From positions 591,059 through 655,058 of the forward strand of contig NMRA01000226.1 of assembly GCA_002633005.1 (NCBI GenBank): a stretch of 64,000 bases of DNA, read 5' to 3'. The DNA comes from Phoronis australis. Lineage: Eukaryota > Animalia > Phoronida. The translations under genes and the position numbers were made by a program. Shown here one piece after another: positions 1 to 11,281 of this stretch (its first letter is position 1; the number at the start of each line of letters is the position of its first letter). The notes under the pieces are model-generated. The model was given only the letters and a program-made list of their open reading frames with translations. It searched no databases and was not told the DNA's origin.

Positions 1-638
1 TTTAAGCCTATCTTTAACAGTAACACCATTATTGTAAATTTGGTTCCTACAGTATGTTAAGGGCATTACTCTGGGCCCACTAGTGCCATAAATTGTCAAA
101 GGAAAAGAACTGTTAGGTGTATTATTTGGCTTGCTTTTGTCTACGTCACTGCAAGAATCACCTTTTGATTCAAACAGCTGTGAATAACACCCACACGCAA
201 TGGTGTTCTATTCATACCCCTATTCAATACAACTGTTTTTGGCCTTTTGTTGTTTGTTGGGATCTCCCGGTGATGCAATATGGCACGAAAAGGCAGCTTC
301 ACCTCTCATTTGACTAGCTTACATTTGCGTGATAGAACTCACGTTTCCTTATTTTACTAACCAAAGGCTTTGCTAGTACCATCTGGTTAGCCCAACAAAT
401 CTAAAGTAACAAACTTCTGTTGAAGTTAGGCTTTGAGCATTCTGTCTCATAACCTGCTATTTTCTGGCCATGTTACATGTACTTTTGGCACTTAGACTTG
501 CAACTCTAACTTAGTGAGTTCATTACCAGCAACAATGAGACATTCGTTTTATTCAAATGTTATACATGTCTTGACATCAAAAATCCCCGAAGCTGGGCTC
601 ATTAGGACTTTAAGGAATTAAAACTTGTAAACCACTCT

Positions 639-935
639 CAGGGGGTGAAAGCAATTTCATTGCCACGTCTCTTAATTCCAGCTACGTGCATGATCGCTGA
701 AGCACCAATTCTGGACCAGCAAACTTCAAACTCATGGTACAAATTTCGAACATATGCCCCTTAACTGTATACACGCACTTAAAAAAATTACCCTTTGAAC
801 AAACTCCATACTGTGGGACCAGACTCCAGCACCACACCCATGCGACAGGTTCGGTGTTTCCTAGTTCGGAACAGGGATTCAGGGGATCGAAGCTGGAAGT
901 TACAGGTGTGGCCACAGAATTGTTTTCGCCCCCTG
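639..935. mobile_element. hAT-like MITE (~300 bp)
   Basis: Imperfect ~28-bp terminal inverted repeats (TIRs): CAGGGGGTGAAAGCAATTTCATTGCCAC versus the reverse complement of GTGGCCACAGAATTGTTTTCGCCCCCTG. The flanks ACCACTCT / ACACTCTG resemble a decayed target-site duplication (TSD). Confidence 0.65.
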
Positions 936-1292
936 ACACTCTGGTGTTAGAAAAACCGACTTTCTTTTAAGCCAACGTCATCACATTGACATCCTTTGTC
1001 GAATTGTAATTGGTTACAATTAAAATTGTCTAGAATGCATCAGACAGCTATACTGCCTTGGCAACTGAAAGTAATCCAGTTTGAGTAAATTAATAGGCCT
1101 GGTCTCAAGCTATAATGAGTTGTTAAATCTTCCTGAGACTAAAAATAATTCCTAAACCGAGGAAGGAACAAGATTAGACTGATGTTTCAAAGTTGATTTT
1201 CAATAGAAGGCATTGTTTTTTGCCCCTTGAATAAGTGACTGGTCATTTTGACCAGGCTTGGTCAGTCTTAGCCAATGATCTATCCATTGCAG

Positions 1293-1523
1293 GACTTGGA
1301 TAAGCCAGATCAGAAGTCATTTACAAATCTAAGAACCACCATCATCCGCAAGATGATCCGTCGTCACGCCACACATATCTCTAGAGCCGAGGCCCTGTCA
1401 GAGCAGGGTGTACGCGACCTCAAAATTCGCCGGTTCGTGCTGATGGTACTTCTGCTGTATTACGCACCCAACTGTACCAGCTGTTTACAGACGTTCTCGT
1501 GCTCTGGATCCTTCTCTTTTGTG
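1293..1523 (+). CDS. Membrane-protein exon (first visible): DLDKPDQ...LLLYYAPNCTSCLQTFSCSGSFSFV
   Basis: Acceptor ccattgcag, donor GTG|gttagc, 231 nt, phase 0/0. Direct splicing to 4151 is assumed. Confidence 0.7.
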
Positions 1524-4500
1524 GTTAGCTTTCGCCATTCTTTAAATACTTAAATCACGTAATGCTATTTAAGTCGTCTTACGCAATGTTTTGGTGTTGA
1601 AAGCCTCTCAACTTTCTTTGCAGACATGCGATTACAGTCTTGCATGGCGATGCCATCGTGTTCTTAATATACAGTGTTTGAATTGACATTTGTTACGACA
1701 AATTGCCTGGAATTCCTCACACTGCAGTGACAAACACTGAAATTAACTGCAATGACAATCATTCAATGTATCTGGTCTGGAACATGAGCAAGTTCTCGGT
1801 TCTTCTCAAGTCCAGAAGTCATTTCTAATCTGAGTAAGAAAACAACAAAACCAATTTTATACACTCAGTTTTTTGGCCTATATCATAAAGTTGGTTTTTG
1901 ACAAAGGCAAGTGTTTATTGCCTCTCTAGACGTAATCACAATCCAGTGACATGGCCTCAAGCTTCACTTGATCGCAATTTTAAACCTGCCTTCCTAGACC
2001 TAGGTTTTGATGTATTCTGCTTATGTCTAGGAAGCTGGTCCTTGCTTGTTCCTTATTCAAATGAGAAGTGTTTTCTGGACTTTGTTATTGCTTGAGGTCA
2101 TGAGGTCATCCCTTGGCCATTAAAGATGTATTTGCATGCTTTTAACTATCATATGCTAAATGTAAAGCAGAAACTAAAGGACAATGCTAGTTGAGCATCG
2201 TCTTCACTAAACAAAGTGCAGTTGTATGCAGTGACAATTTGTGAAAACAAAAAATTCTGCGAATAGGTGACCTTTGCTCTAATGACGTACCTTGGGGGCT
2301 CATTTAGCCCGCATCTTGCAGTGTTATATCCCAGCACCATGTCACGATACTTACTGTACACGATTGAGTGATTTACAGCGGATCATTTTCGACACAAAAC
2401 TCGTTCTTAAAAACATTTGGCAAGTTTCAAGAGCCTCCTTCACATTTACATCGTGTTACTAATTAGTTTGTACAAGCAGTCACAGAGATAAGGAATTAGC
2501 GAGCAAGTTCCACTTTAAATGACCAGTCTCAACATACCAACTTGATAAGCTTGACAGTGTGTTCAAACAATAACTATCTATTGGTTTCTACCATGCCTAT
2601 AAATCATCTCTGTTTTGAATAAGGAACAGTTGAAACCAGTTACCTAACAGTAAGTAACAGAAGCTAGATTTTTGACTGACATTGGCCCTATGGAGATGTC
2701 TGTTGTCTCTTGTTTCTGAGGAAGTTTTCAGCTTGCGAATGTTAGGCATGCATGTGATAATGCATGACTGTTGGAGCATCATCATGATGGTGTTCAGACA
2801 CTGGGGGAATGTTATTTTCGAAGTTGTTGCAGTCATAACTTTTACATTTGTCTCTTATGTGTTGGAAATGTTCTTAGTTGTTAAAGGAATTGTTGTTATT
2901 TTTTTCAGAACATGTCCTTGAATGGTTCGGTCGATGTGTTTTTCTTGGACAACCGTAAGAGTTGTATCGATCTGGACTTTCAGGTGATTAGTATTTGCAA
3001 CTCTGTAAAGGACATGATCTATTGTGAAACTTTGGAACAAAAATTTAACAAGTCCTTGGTTGACTCACTGCTAGTTTTCAGGGTTTTTCAATATTTTTTC
3101 ATAACTTCACAAAAACTACTCAATGTTGCTGAGCCATCACGAACACTACATTATGGTCATTATGGTCAAGATTTCCTACAGTTCATAGAAAGATCTTAAA
3201 TCCTCTTGATTTTGATGAAAATCAATCGACCTCTCAGTTTCAGAATTGGCAATATGTTACTGTTTGTTTTTGTATCATCTTGCAGTTATAAAAATGCAAG
3301 TCAAATTTGTTTTTCGCTTGTTGCAGCGCAGTCAAACTGGCGTGAACATGTTTCACCAATGTCGCCACCGGTTCTTTAGAAATTTTTTGATAATAAGCAT
3401 GAATTCACTGAGGGTCAGTCAGAGGTAACTGAAAAGGAACATTGTGTGCTCTTGCAGCATTTGTCACTGTTGCAGACGCAGATACACGTACAAACTATTT
3501 TTTCCTTGGAAAGCTTCTGTACGAACTATTAGAGAGAAACGCCGTGTTTCAAGGATGGTATACAGACTGTTAGAGTGTCCTAACTCTTAGAGAAATGACA
3601 GTATTCCCTACAAATTGATTGATTGAGGTAAAATTGACAGGAATGCCACACAGCAATGAACATACCTGATAATACCTGTCACGGACAGGGTCACTGAAGA
3701 TATGCTGGTGCATTAATCCCCTCCCCAGACCATCCCCGCTGCAGCAGAAGGCGCAGAACTCCAGGACTGACATTACCCGTCAGTATATGATTGGACAACA
3801 CTCAGGCATACCTTTTGTTGCAATTATCAGCTGTGGCTTTTGTTTAATTATGTGCAGCTTGCTCTGGCTGTCTGTTATTCGTGGAATAACACACAGCCAG
3901 ATACAATAAGTGACATAGTAGAGGAATAACTTACAAATACAACAGGCACTCAATGCTTAAATACAATTTTTGTAGCTTTCTTAGTGACAAGATAATAATT
4001 AAGATTATGCTCTTTTTATGAGGTACATTGACCACCTTTTGACCGTGTTTCTGATGATGATTGAGTGATACTATTGAAATGTCAACTAGATAGTTTTTGA
4101 GTTCATATTCTTGTGTTTAACAAAAAATTTATTGTCCATGTTTTTCACAGGTGCTGAATGCCATTTACCTGATAGTAGGCTTGGGCATGCTGCTGACACC
4201 TGTTGTCTGGATATTTATAGTCAGACGTCACTATAAGTGGAACGAGCTCAACATGAGAATAAGGACATTCGGGTTAGTCAGCTGGACTCGTAGTTCTCTA
4301 TTTGCATTGTAATTAAAAGGGCATGTATTGCCAAAACAAGGAAACATTGAAAACTAGTTAAAGCTTTTTTGGTTTCTTTGTTAAGAATCCTAGATTTTTT
4401 CGTCATCTGAGGAATTATTTTCAAGTATTAGGTATGGAAAACCAAAACAGACAATATTCAAAGCACTTATTTCGTTAACATGCAGAAACGTATATAATGC

Positions 4501-7500
4501 TCTAAAAAATAATTTTCAATTCTCATCGGTGAAATTAATTCACAAAAGATTTTCCTTTCTCACACTTGTCCAGAAATTACTCGGTAATAAATAATATTAC
4601 TAATCTCAAGAATCTGTGCTGCAGAACAAAGATGAACATGTCACAAAAGATTTAATACGTCAGCGAAAATTTGATCACCACAGAACAAAAATAAATTTTA
4701 CATGCCAGGAAAACGTGACTACTCGGGAGCATGTAACCACAAAAATGATATTATTCACCTAAAGGAAGATGGCTGAGCCAGAGGGCACTTTTAGAGATCC
4801 AATGACTTCTTTACTCAACATTAAGCCCTTGCGTAACTGGTACCCACATCATCACTTTGGGTTGTCAGGTGGTCCTGGATGGCCGCGTCCTTACGTGGTT
4901 TAAATGTTTGCTGGAACGTGATTCAGTCCTGGCGTGATACGAAATATTTATGATGAGTTATTCATGTATGACTGAGTGTAAATATTCCTTGTGCATGTTT
5001 TAGACTAGTATCAAGTAAAAATTTTAAAATACATGCTAGTTTGAATTGTCATTTTTGGTCCTGCACAATGAAAAGAATTAATAAAATATATTGGACTTCA
5101 TTTTTAATTCCTGCATAAAAAAGTTTGTTTTGAAATTTTTGTCCATTCTGGCTTTCCATAATCAAGAGAAGTTGAGAGATGACGTGTTACTGATACAAAG
5201 CCCCCCATAATTTTTGGAAGGATTCTTTGTCTTCTGCAGTGGCTCCACCGAGTAAATATCGAGTCTTCTACTCCTCTATGCTTAGTTGTACTCTGTCTGC
5301 ACACTCTCAATTATCACATACAACCGCCGCCATACACAACTAACAGGAGTGTGTGGGCTGGTGATTCCACACAATTTTTTAGCTAAAAATTGCGCTTGTT
5401 TGAGATGGACCATGTCTGATTTTCACTGGTCAGCAACTACGTTTTGACACAGAAGACTTGGTGATTAGGTGTGAATAGGTCACATGTTGTATTTACAAAC
5501 CCAAGCACTGAGGCAATCCATGAATGCTGCCCTTCGCAGTTCCCTGGAAATAGTTTCAATCCTGTGCTACAATCATTTGAGTCTGCAGATCAGTTGTTTA
5601 CGGCAAACTCTCATTACCTTAGGACACAATATGGCCCACATGTGATTTTTCATTTTAAGATATGTTAAGCAACCCCAAATAAATGATATATTCTTTAAAA
5701 GGTCTATGAGATAGCAACTTCAGATGTTTCTGAGAAATTGTGAACATTCAAAACAATATTAGAAGCTTTTGATTAAAATGATAAAAGACCAATTTTGGTT
5801 AATATTTCATTAGAAATTGATGTCAGAGATTTTCGTGTGTGTGTCATCATATTTGACAGTTGCAGTGCATGCAGGCTTGATGGTGTTTGGCACATAAATG
5901 TATGAATTAACGTAATTTGCAGGCCTATGTACGAGTCCTACAAGGCCACCGCCTGTCACTGGGATGGTGTCTTCATGCTCAGAGTAGTCATCACTACCAT
6001 TGCGACAGAGTTGTTTCCATTCTCGTAAGCGGGTTCTGCGCCGTTGAGAAGGAGGCTTGTTATGCTATTGAGATTATGTAGTACCCTGGAAAAATTCCAG
6101 TTTTGACCAACTTCGGAACATCGTATCTCGGAAACTTTCACATATTGTGCTTTGTACACTGTTCTTTGAAATTCCTTTAGTATTGTTTTTTAAAATGTTC
6201 CACATTTGCATGAGGGGCTATCGAAAAAGGGCATTTGTGGTTTTTGTGAAAAAGAAATTAACTGAAGTTGCATAAAACAACAACGAATTAATAATTTAGA
6301 AAACTGTAACAGCATTTTTTGAGATTTTGTTTCGAACATACGGAATTTAGTCATATTGATCCTGTTGATTTGCTATGAAATTCAGTGTACCTTTCTTTTT
6401 TTCTAAATTTTTCTTAAAAACAAGGTCACATGACCTAATTAGTGTGAGATTGGCATAAAGTCAGAAATCAATTTCTACAAAATTTCTACTTTCAGAACAT
6501 TATACTTTTGCTGAGTTAAAATCTATAGTTTTTTTAGTTATTTGGCAAAATGAACAGACTTGTTGGTAAGGACCTACATAACCTTAAAGGACAGGTCAAT
6601 AATGCATGTTCATTTTCAAGGAATGTCCTTCACCTGTTCTGGTAGCTATAATCATAGTAGATGTCTCGCTGAGGGGTAAAAGTTGTGTTTGTGTTCTGTA
6701 AATTACTTAATAACATTTTTTGTAAAAGTTTTTTATTTGGAAACTACAAAAGTTTCAGGAAGTCAATTGTTAATAGGGCTCCTGTGATAAAATTCTGTGG
6801 TCATCAAGGTTTTTAAATGTATTCAATAACATAGTTTTATGGATCTATTATTGATGCTTAGGAAAGTCGATCCTTGGTAACGAATGTCGAATGTTACCTA
6901 AGTTATTCATTCTGTTGCAGAGCCACGATCCAGGCGTCCGTTATATTTTCAATGTCTGTTGTCTACGCCATCTTTTTGCTCTTGCATTTCCCGTACAGGT
7001 ATGTAATTGTCGAAGCCGCCATCATGCGCATCTTTGTCATTTCTGTCTATCAGTGCTGTGATTTGACAGTCTTAGTTAACAACTTGAAGTTCATGCTTTG
7101 TCAAAGTCACCTGCATAAAGTACTCGTACATGGTGTTCATCAGATTTAAAACAAGTGTGGCTCCTTAGTATGTTTTCAATGATATTTAAAATTACAGAAA
7201 AAACAAACTTTTTAAAGCTGTTCTAGATAAAATCCGTTTTTGAGAAGGGAAATGCACTTTTTCACTCACTTGACCACATAAATTGTGTGTTCCTAAATAA
7301 TATACACGAGTTTAGCAACCAAAATGAAGCTTTCAGGTGTAGAAGAATTATTGTATATTTTTTTACAAATGTAGTGCAGTTTTACGATGTAGTGTAAATG
7401 TGTAGAGGAGTATACTGCTTAGACTACTCGTAATGTTACAAACGATTCAGAAATCCTTGATACTCAGAAACGCATTCCATTTCCCCATTAATACGTGCAG

Positions 7501-9444
7501 CATACTGTGGGCTGGGTATTTAGATTATTGAGACAAAAACTCTAATTGACCCGTTATGATCATAAGCCAAGTCAAACTATTGTCTGTCCATTCGGGGAAG
7601 TGTTTAGGCAGTACATGTAACTAATCATGTTTTCTTACCTGCAGGAAGTGTTGCTGGACTTGCTTTAAGTGGCTCAATCTGCACAATACATTTGAGGTTT
7701 GTACTGGTTCTAAACATAGTGTGTGCATTTGTGTCGTTGGAATTAGTTCAGTGTTGACTGGTTCAGTAATGTGGATGGTCAGAACTGATACGGGTAAGGT
7801 TTGGGAATTTATTTAGTTTGAACACTGTGACTATCAGTTGTTCTGTTGTGATTAGTCTGAAGCCCTTGCCTTTTACAAATGGCATTTTCTAATATTGTAT
7901 TTAAAAACGTAGCCTTTACGTCATTGAAAATGAATAGGGACTTGGTCCTTTAATTAGGAGCATCGCATGAAAGACCCCTGTTTATTTTCAATATTATTGA
8001 GAATTTAACATAGAGTTGACTTCATTCTTGGTATGAAAGCTAATCACTAACTTAGGAGTGAAAATGAAGCATCATAAGAAAAGGCAGTCAGTGTTCTCCC
8101 AAGTCCGTAGATACAGTGAAAAGTTAAGGAATATAGTTGCATCCCTGTTTCATGAAACAAGGCACAGATCACCTGGATAAGGTGGTTCATTCTATAGCAA
8201 AGTCACCAAAGGGGTGTGCTTTGAGACTGTAGTGTTACTGTATCACACTTTGATTCACTGTTACAGGTGTTTGCTACTATATCCCTCGTATCTCTCCACT
8301 TCTATGCTGTACTACTGAGCACCGGGCGGTCTATAGACTGGTTCGAGTGGTACCTCATTGGCTCCATTATATTCACCGTCAGTTTCTGGATGACCATAGC
8401 TGTGAGGATCAAATCTGAGGAGCCCATCCCGGAGGTAAGTGGACGTCGACAAGCCAATGGTGAGAGTCACGATGTTGGCGTGATATTGTGACCCATGTGT
8501 AGCACTTTAACAAGAGGGAAACAATGAGAGATTTACATCCACAGTTGCTTTCCAATCTATTTGTGGAAAGTCGGTCGTTTCTTATTGAAATTGCCTTGTT
8601 GTTTTGTTTAACAATTTTTCCTCCCTCTTCACATTACTGATAACTCCACTTATCTGTTACTTACATTCACATGTGATTTGCAAACATTTGAGTTTTTTGT
8701 AGTTATAATTATTTTATTGTAGTTTTTAAAAGAATATTGTACTTTGAAAGAAAATTCATCTAGCTTCATTGAAGTTAAAGCTGTGAAGGACATTGTATCA
8801 TAAGTCATTGAAAAATTAACCAAAAATTATGGCAGCTAAAAAATGTGTCAATTTTCTTTATACGAAAATTCTTCAACTTTTTACGTGTTGCAAGAAGTAT
8901 AGGATGTTAACAGCAACAATAACTAGTAACCCATCGATAAAACTCCCTAAAAGTAAACATTTGTCTGCAGGAGAACATAACTGAATACTACCAAGCCGGT
9001 CTGATCCAGATCTGTTGCTGTATTCCATGTAAGAAGGTACGTGTCATTGCTGAGCCCTCCAACATCAACTTGTCTCCCACGCAAGAAATACGGGACCACT
9101 GGAGGTACCCAGGCGTGTCTGGTGACCAACCTCACAGGAATGAAAATGCCTCGCCCATCCCGCAGGAGTCAAGCGAGCAACAAAACAACTGTAACGCGCA
9201 GGACAATGACGGACCTTATATTGTCGTCTCCCAGCCATCCGCAATCTCCACTAAACGGTCAACAATCCCTAACGAACCCTGGGCTCTGTCACCTAAAACG
9301 GCGAAGACAAAACGGCGCAGGTCAAGATCTCGCCAAAGGACAAAGTCCAGTTATAGCATGGAACCGTCACTGCCACAGGTAAAAGTTGATGGTGAAGACA
9401 CCGTGCTGGAAGACATGGACAAGACGTCTACTACTCTGCTGTGA
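1293..9444 (+). CDS. Uncharacterised multi-pass membrane protein with TRP-like (FLC/Pkd2-type) TM motifs, 5'-partial; join(1293..1523,4151..4272,5923..6024,6921..6998,7645..7696,8267..8434,8971..9444), ~408 aa
   Basis: Seven AG/GT-bounded exons splice in frame (phases 0,2,2,2,0,0) into one ORF with ~6 hydrophobic helices and the motifs YYAPNC..CLQTFSC, FGPMYESYK..CHWDGVFMLR, HFPYRK and HNTFE. It ends ...KTSTTLL* at 9444. Confidence 0.8.
2124..2514. mobile_element. TTAA-flanked MITE family B (Kolobok-like), copy 1
   Basis: TTAA|AGATGTATTTGCATGCT ... AGCGAGCAAGTTCCACT|TTAA. The internal sequence is shared with 22081-22458 (inverted) and 41240-41518. Confidence 0.65.
4151..4272 (+). CDS. Membrane-protein exon: VLNAIYLIVGLGMLLTPVVWIFIVRRHYKWNELNMRIRTFG
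   Basis: Acceptor tttttcacag, donor GG|gttagt, 122 nt, encodes a TM helix. Confidence 0.8.
5923..6024 (+). CDS. Membrane-protein exon: PMYESYKATACHWDGVFMLRVVITTIATELFPFS
   Basis: Acceptor atttgcag, donor TC|gtaagc, 102 nt, phase 2/2. Confidence 0.85.
6072..6583. mobile_element. TTAA-flanked MITE family A (Kolobok-like), copy 1
   Basis: Termini GATTATGTAG ... CTACATAACC|TTAA. Internal blocks TTTGCATGAGGGG and GGTCACATGACC are shared with 32713-33313, with close variants in 46099-46606; 21489-21911 is an inverted copy. Confidence 0.7.
6921..6998 (+). CDS. Membrane-protein exon: ATIQASVIFSMSVVYAIFLLLHFPYR
   Basis: Acceptor tctgttgcag, donor AG|gtatgt, 78 nt. Confidence 0.85.
7645..7696 (+). 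CDS. Membrane-protein exon: KCCWTCFKWLNLHNTFE
   Basis: Acceptor tttcttacctgcag, donor GAG|gtttgt, 52 nt; it restores phase 2 to 0. Confidence 0.8.
7935..8164. mobile_element. Partial copy of the MITE at 59470-59889
   Basis: Alignable by eye to 59660-59889 and ends in CTGTTTCATGAAACAAGGCAC, a TIR variant. Confidence 0.55.
8267..8434 (+). CDS. Membrane-protein exon: VFATISLVSLHFYAVLL...WMTIAVRIKSEEPIPE (two TM helices)
   Basis: Acceptor ctgttacag, donor GAG|gtaagt, 168 nt. Confidence 0.85.
8971..9444 (+). CDS. Membrane-protein last exon, cytoplasmic tail ENITEYY...KTSTTLL*
   Basis: Acceptor ttgtctgcag; in frame with ORF 9070..9444. Confidence 0.8.
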   Translation, partial: ENITEYYQAGLIQICCCIPCKKVRVIAEPSNINLSPTQEIRDHWRYPGVSGDQPHRNENASPIPQESSEQQNNCNAQDNDGPYIVVSQPSAISTKRSTIPNEPWALSPKTAKTKRRRSRSRQRTKSSYSMEPSLPQVKVDGEDTVLEDMDKTSTTLL

Positions 9445-10897
9445 ATTACTGCTCGTTATTTATTCAAGTTAAATTTACACAAAGTTGCCTTATTTTTCTG
9501 TTATGCGTTGAAATTTTAAATATTTTGATGTTATTTTTTTATTGTAAGACTGCATATCAAAACGCGTGGGTATGTGTTACCATCTCTGTCTGAAGTGACC
9601 ATCTGGCATCTGTCTCTGTCCACCAAACTGCTAGTGGATTTTATGAACTCTGTCCCTGTATGTTCCTTTCAAAGAGAATGTGACTGTGAGCGGATCCTGT
9701 TGTGCCTTGTAGTGACAATTTAATCTTCTCGTCTTCCTCTCGCAGAATTTGCTTCATTTACAACATTACTTCATTTTAACCATGCTTTCAGTGAATCCTT
9801 TAGTCTGAGCAGACTCCGGACTGCTTGGTGGTGTGCTCAATGTTCCATTCTGTAGCAGAGTTGGTGAACTTGCTGCTTACTGAGTTCCACTATCTTTGTA
9901 CAAATGTTTGCAAACCCCGCGGACTTCTAACAAGTCTGCAAAATTTATGACTTGTAAGTCACTTGACAAAATCTGGCTTGGCTGTGTCAGAATTTTATGA
10001 GGGAGTATCACTTCTATTCTCAGAAAGAAGCGTTCTGCAGATAATCCTTGATGTCTGAACACATGTGGGGTCCAATATTGGATCTCGTTAGCAAGTATCT
10101 TGGACGCTGTAGTGCCAGGTGTCCACAATGAATTCTACTTGCACATGCAGAGCTAACATCTCTAGATTGGTTTGTGTTGCTGCTCTGGTGTGTTAAAGTA
10201 CACGCCAAAATAACCTGGAATTCCCCGTTATGATGGTTTTGCAGAAGCCAAATTCACGTCAGAGTAGTCTTCCCTCTTGACCGAGTATGAAAGGGAATTA
10301 CCGGGAAAGTTATTTGAGCAGCAAAGCCTTTCTGTAATCAAAATCCCCCCCCCTCCCCCCAACGCTTATTAACAGTCTGTTTTGCTGTGAACAGAATTAG
10401 CCATCACGATGGGAAAAAGGTATTTTGTCCGATTACTTTTGTCTTTTATTGTATCTGGATTGTGTGGATCCTGTATACAAATGAGATGGCCGTTTCCTGT
10501 GATGATCGTACTCTGGATAAATAGTCTTCATAAACCATCTCTTTGTCTGGACGATACTTGATCTCAATGTCCTATGACTGGATATGGAACAACATCCATT
10601 ACAGGTGAGGTGGAGCCTGACTCTAACTGCTTTACATTGACGTTCTGAAGTGTTTTATGGTTGTTGAATACTGTAGTAGGTTCCCCGTAGACATAACACT
10701 GGAATTTTTGTTGAATGTTAGCTTAGTTTGTTCTTGCCAGAGGCATACTCTTTGAAGGCAATGCAGATGTTCAGCCATTTTGAGTTAGCACTGCAAGCAA
10801 TCCTTGCATTCAGCCAGACACGTTTCACTGATCTCGACAACCATGGGGTGCTCCCCCATTAAAATTTTAATGCATTCTTTGGGAGTATTAAAATCAC

Positions 10898-11163
10898 TCT
10901 GATAAGTGATGGTGTACACAAGTCAAGGTGCCCCTTGTGTTGCTTGGTGGTGGTGTACACAAGTCAAATTGCTCTGTTGTGTCTGATAAGTGATGGTGTA
11001 CACAAGTCATGGCGCCCCCTTGTGTTGCTCAGTAGTGGTGTACACAAGTCAAATTGCTCTGTTGTGTCTGATAAGTGGTGGTGAACACAAGTCAAGGCAC
11101 CCCCTTGTGTTGCTCAGCTGGGGGGGAGGGTGTACACAAGTCAAGTCACTTCCTTGTGTTGCT
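10898..11163. repeat. Dimeric minisatellite (six ~37-48 bp monomers, 84-85 bp period)
   Basis: The core GGTGTACACAAGTCA occurs six times (once as GGTGAACACAAGTCA), with alternating tails. Confidence 0.9.
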
Positions 11164-11275
11164 GAGGCAGGTTACATAATAGCGGTTGTGACATGTACCG
11201 ATAAAGTAACGACAGTTGCAATTTGAATTGTTTCTCTTTTCTTTTGTTGTGCTTACTCGAATTTTGTTGTTCAAA

Positions 11276-11281
11276 AATAAA
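11276..11281 (+). promoter_or_regulatory. Candidate polyadenylation signal of the membrane-protein gene
   Basis: First AATAAA seen downstream of the stop at 9444; ATTAAA variants occur near 10858 and 10887. Confidence 0.4.

Noticed and set aside
1728-1774. Possible extra exon (V)TNTEINCNDNHSMYL supplying a second loop cysteine to the membrane protein
   Set aside because: It needs a phase-1 upstream donor, but the available donors at 1521 and 1524 are phase 0, and its own donor (gtctgg) is weak.
2597-3430. Cluster of short ORFs, possibly a decayed retroelement
   Set aside because: No recognisable reverse transcriptase or endonuclease motif could be read.
3641-3810. GC-richer exon-like stretch with in-frame TGA codons, tempting as a selenocysteine exon given TRNAU1AP nearby
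   Set aside because: No stop-free acceptor/donor pair fits phase 0/0, and I see no convincing SECIS in the 3' region.
10898-11163. CRISPR-like appearance (constant core with variable spacers)
   Set aside because: The spacers are themselves repeated, the context is eukaryotic, and no cas genes are present.
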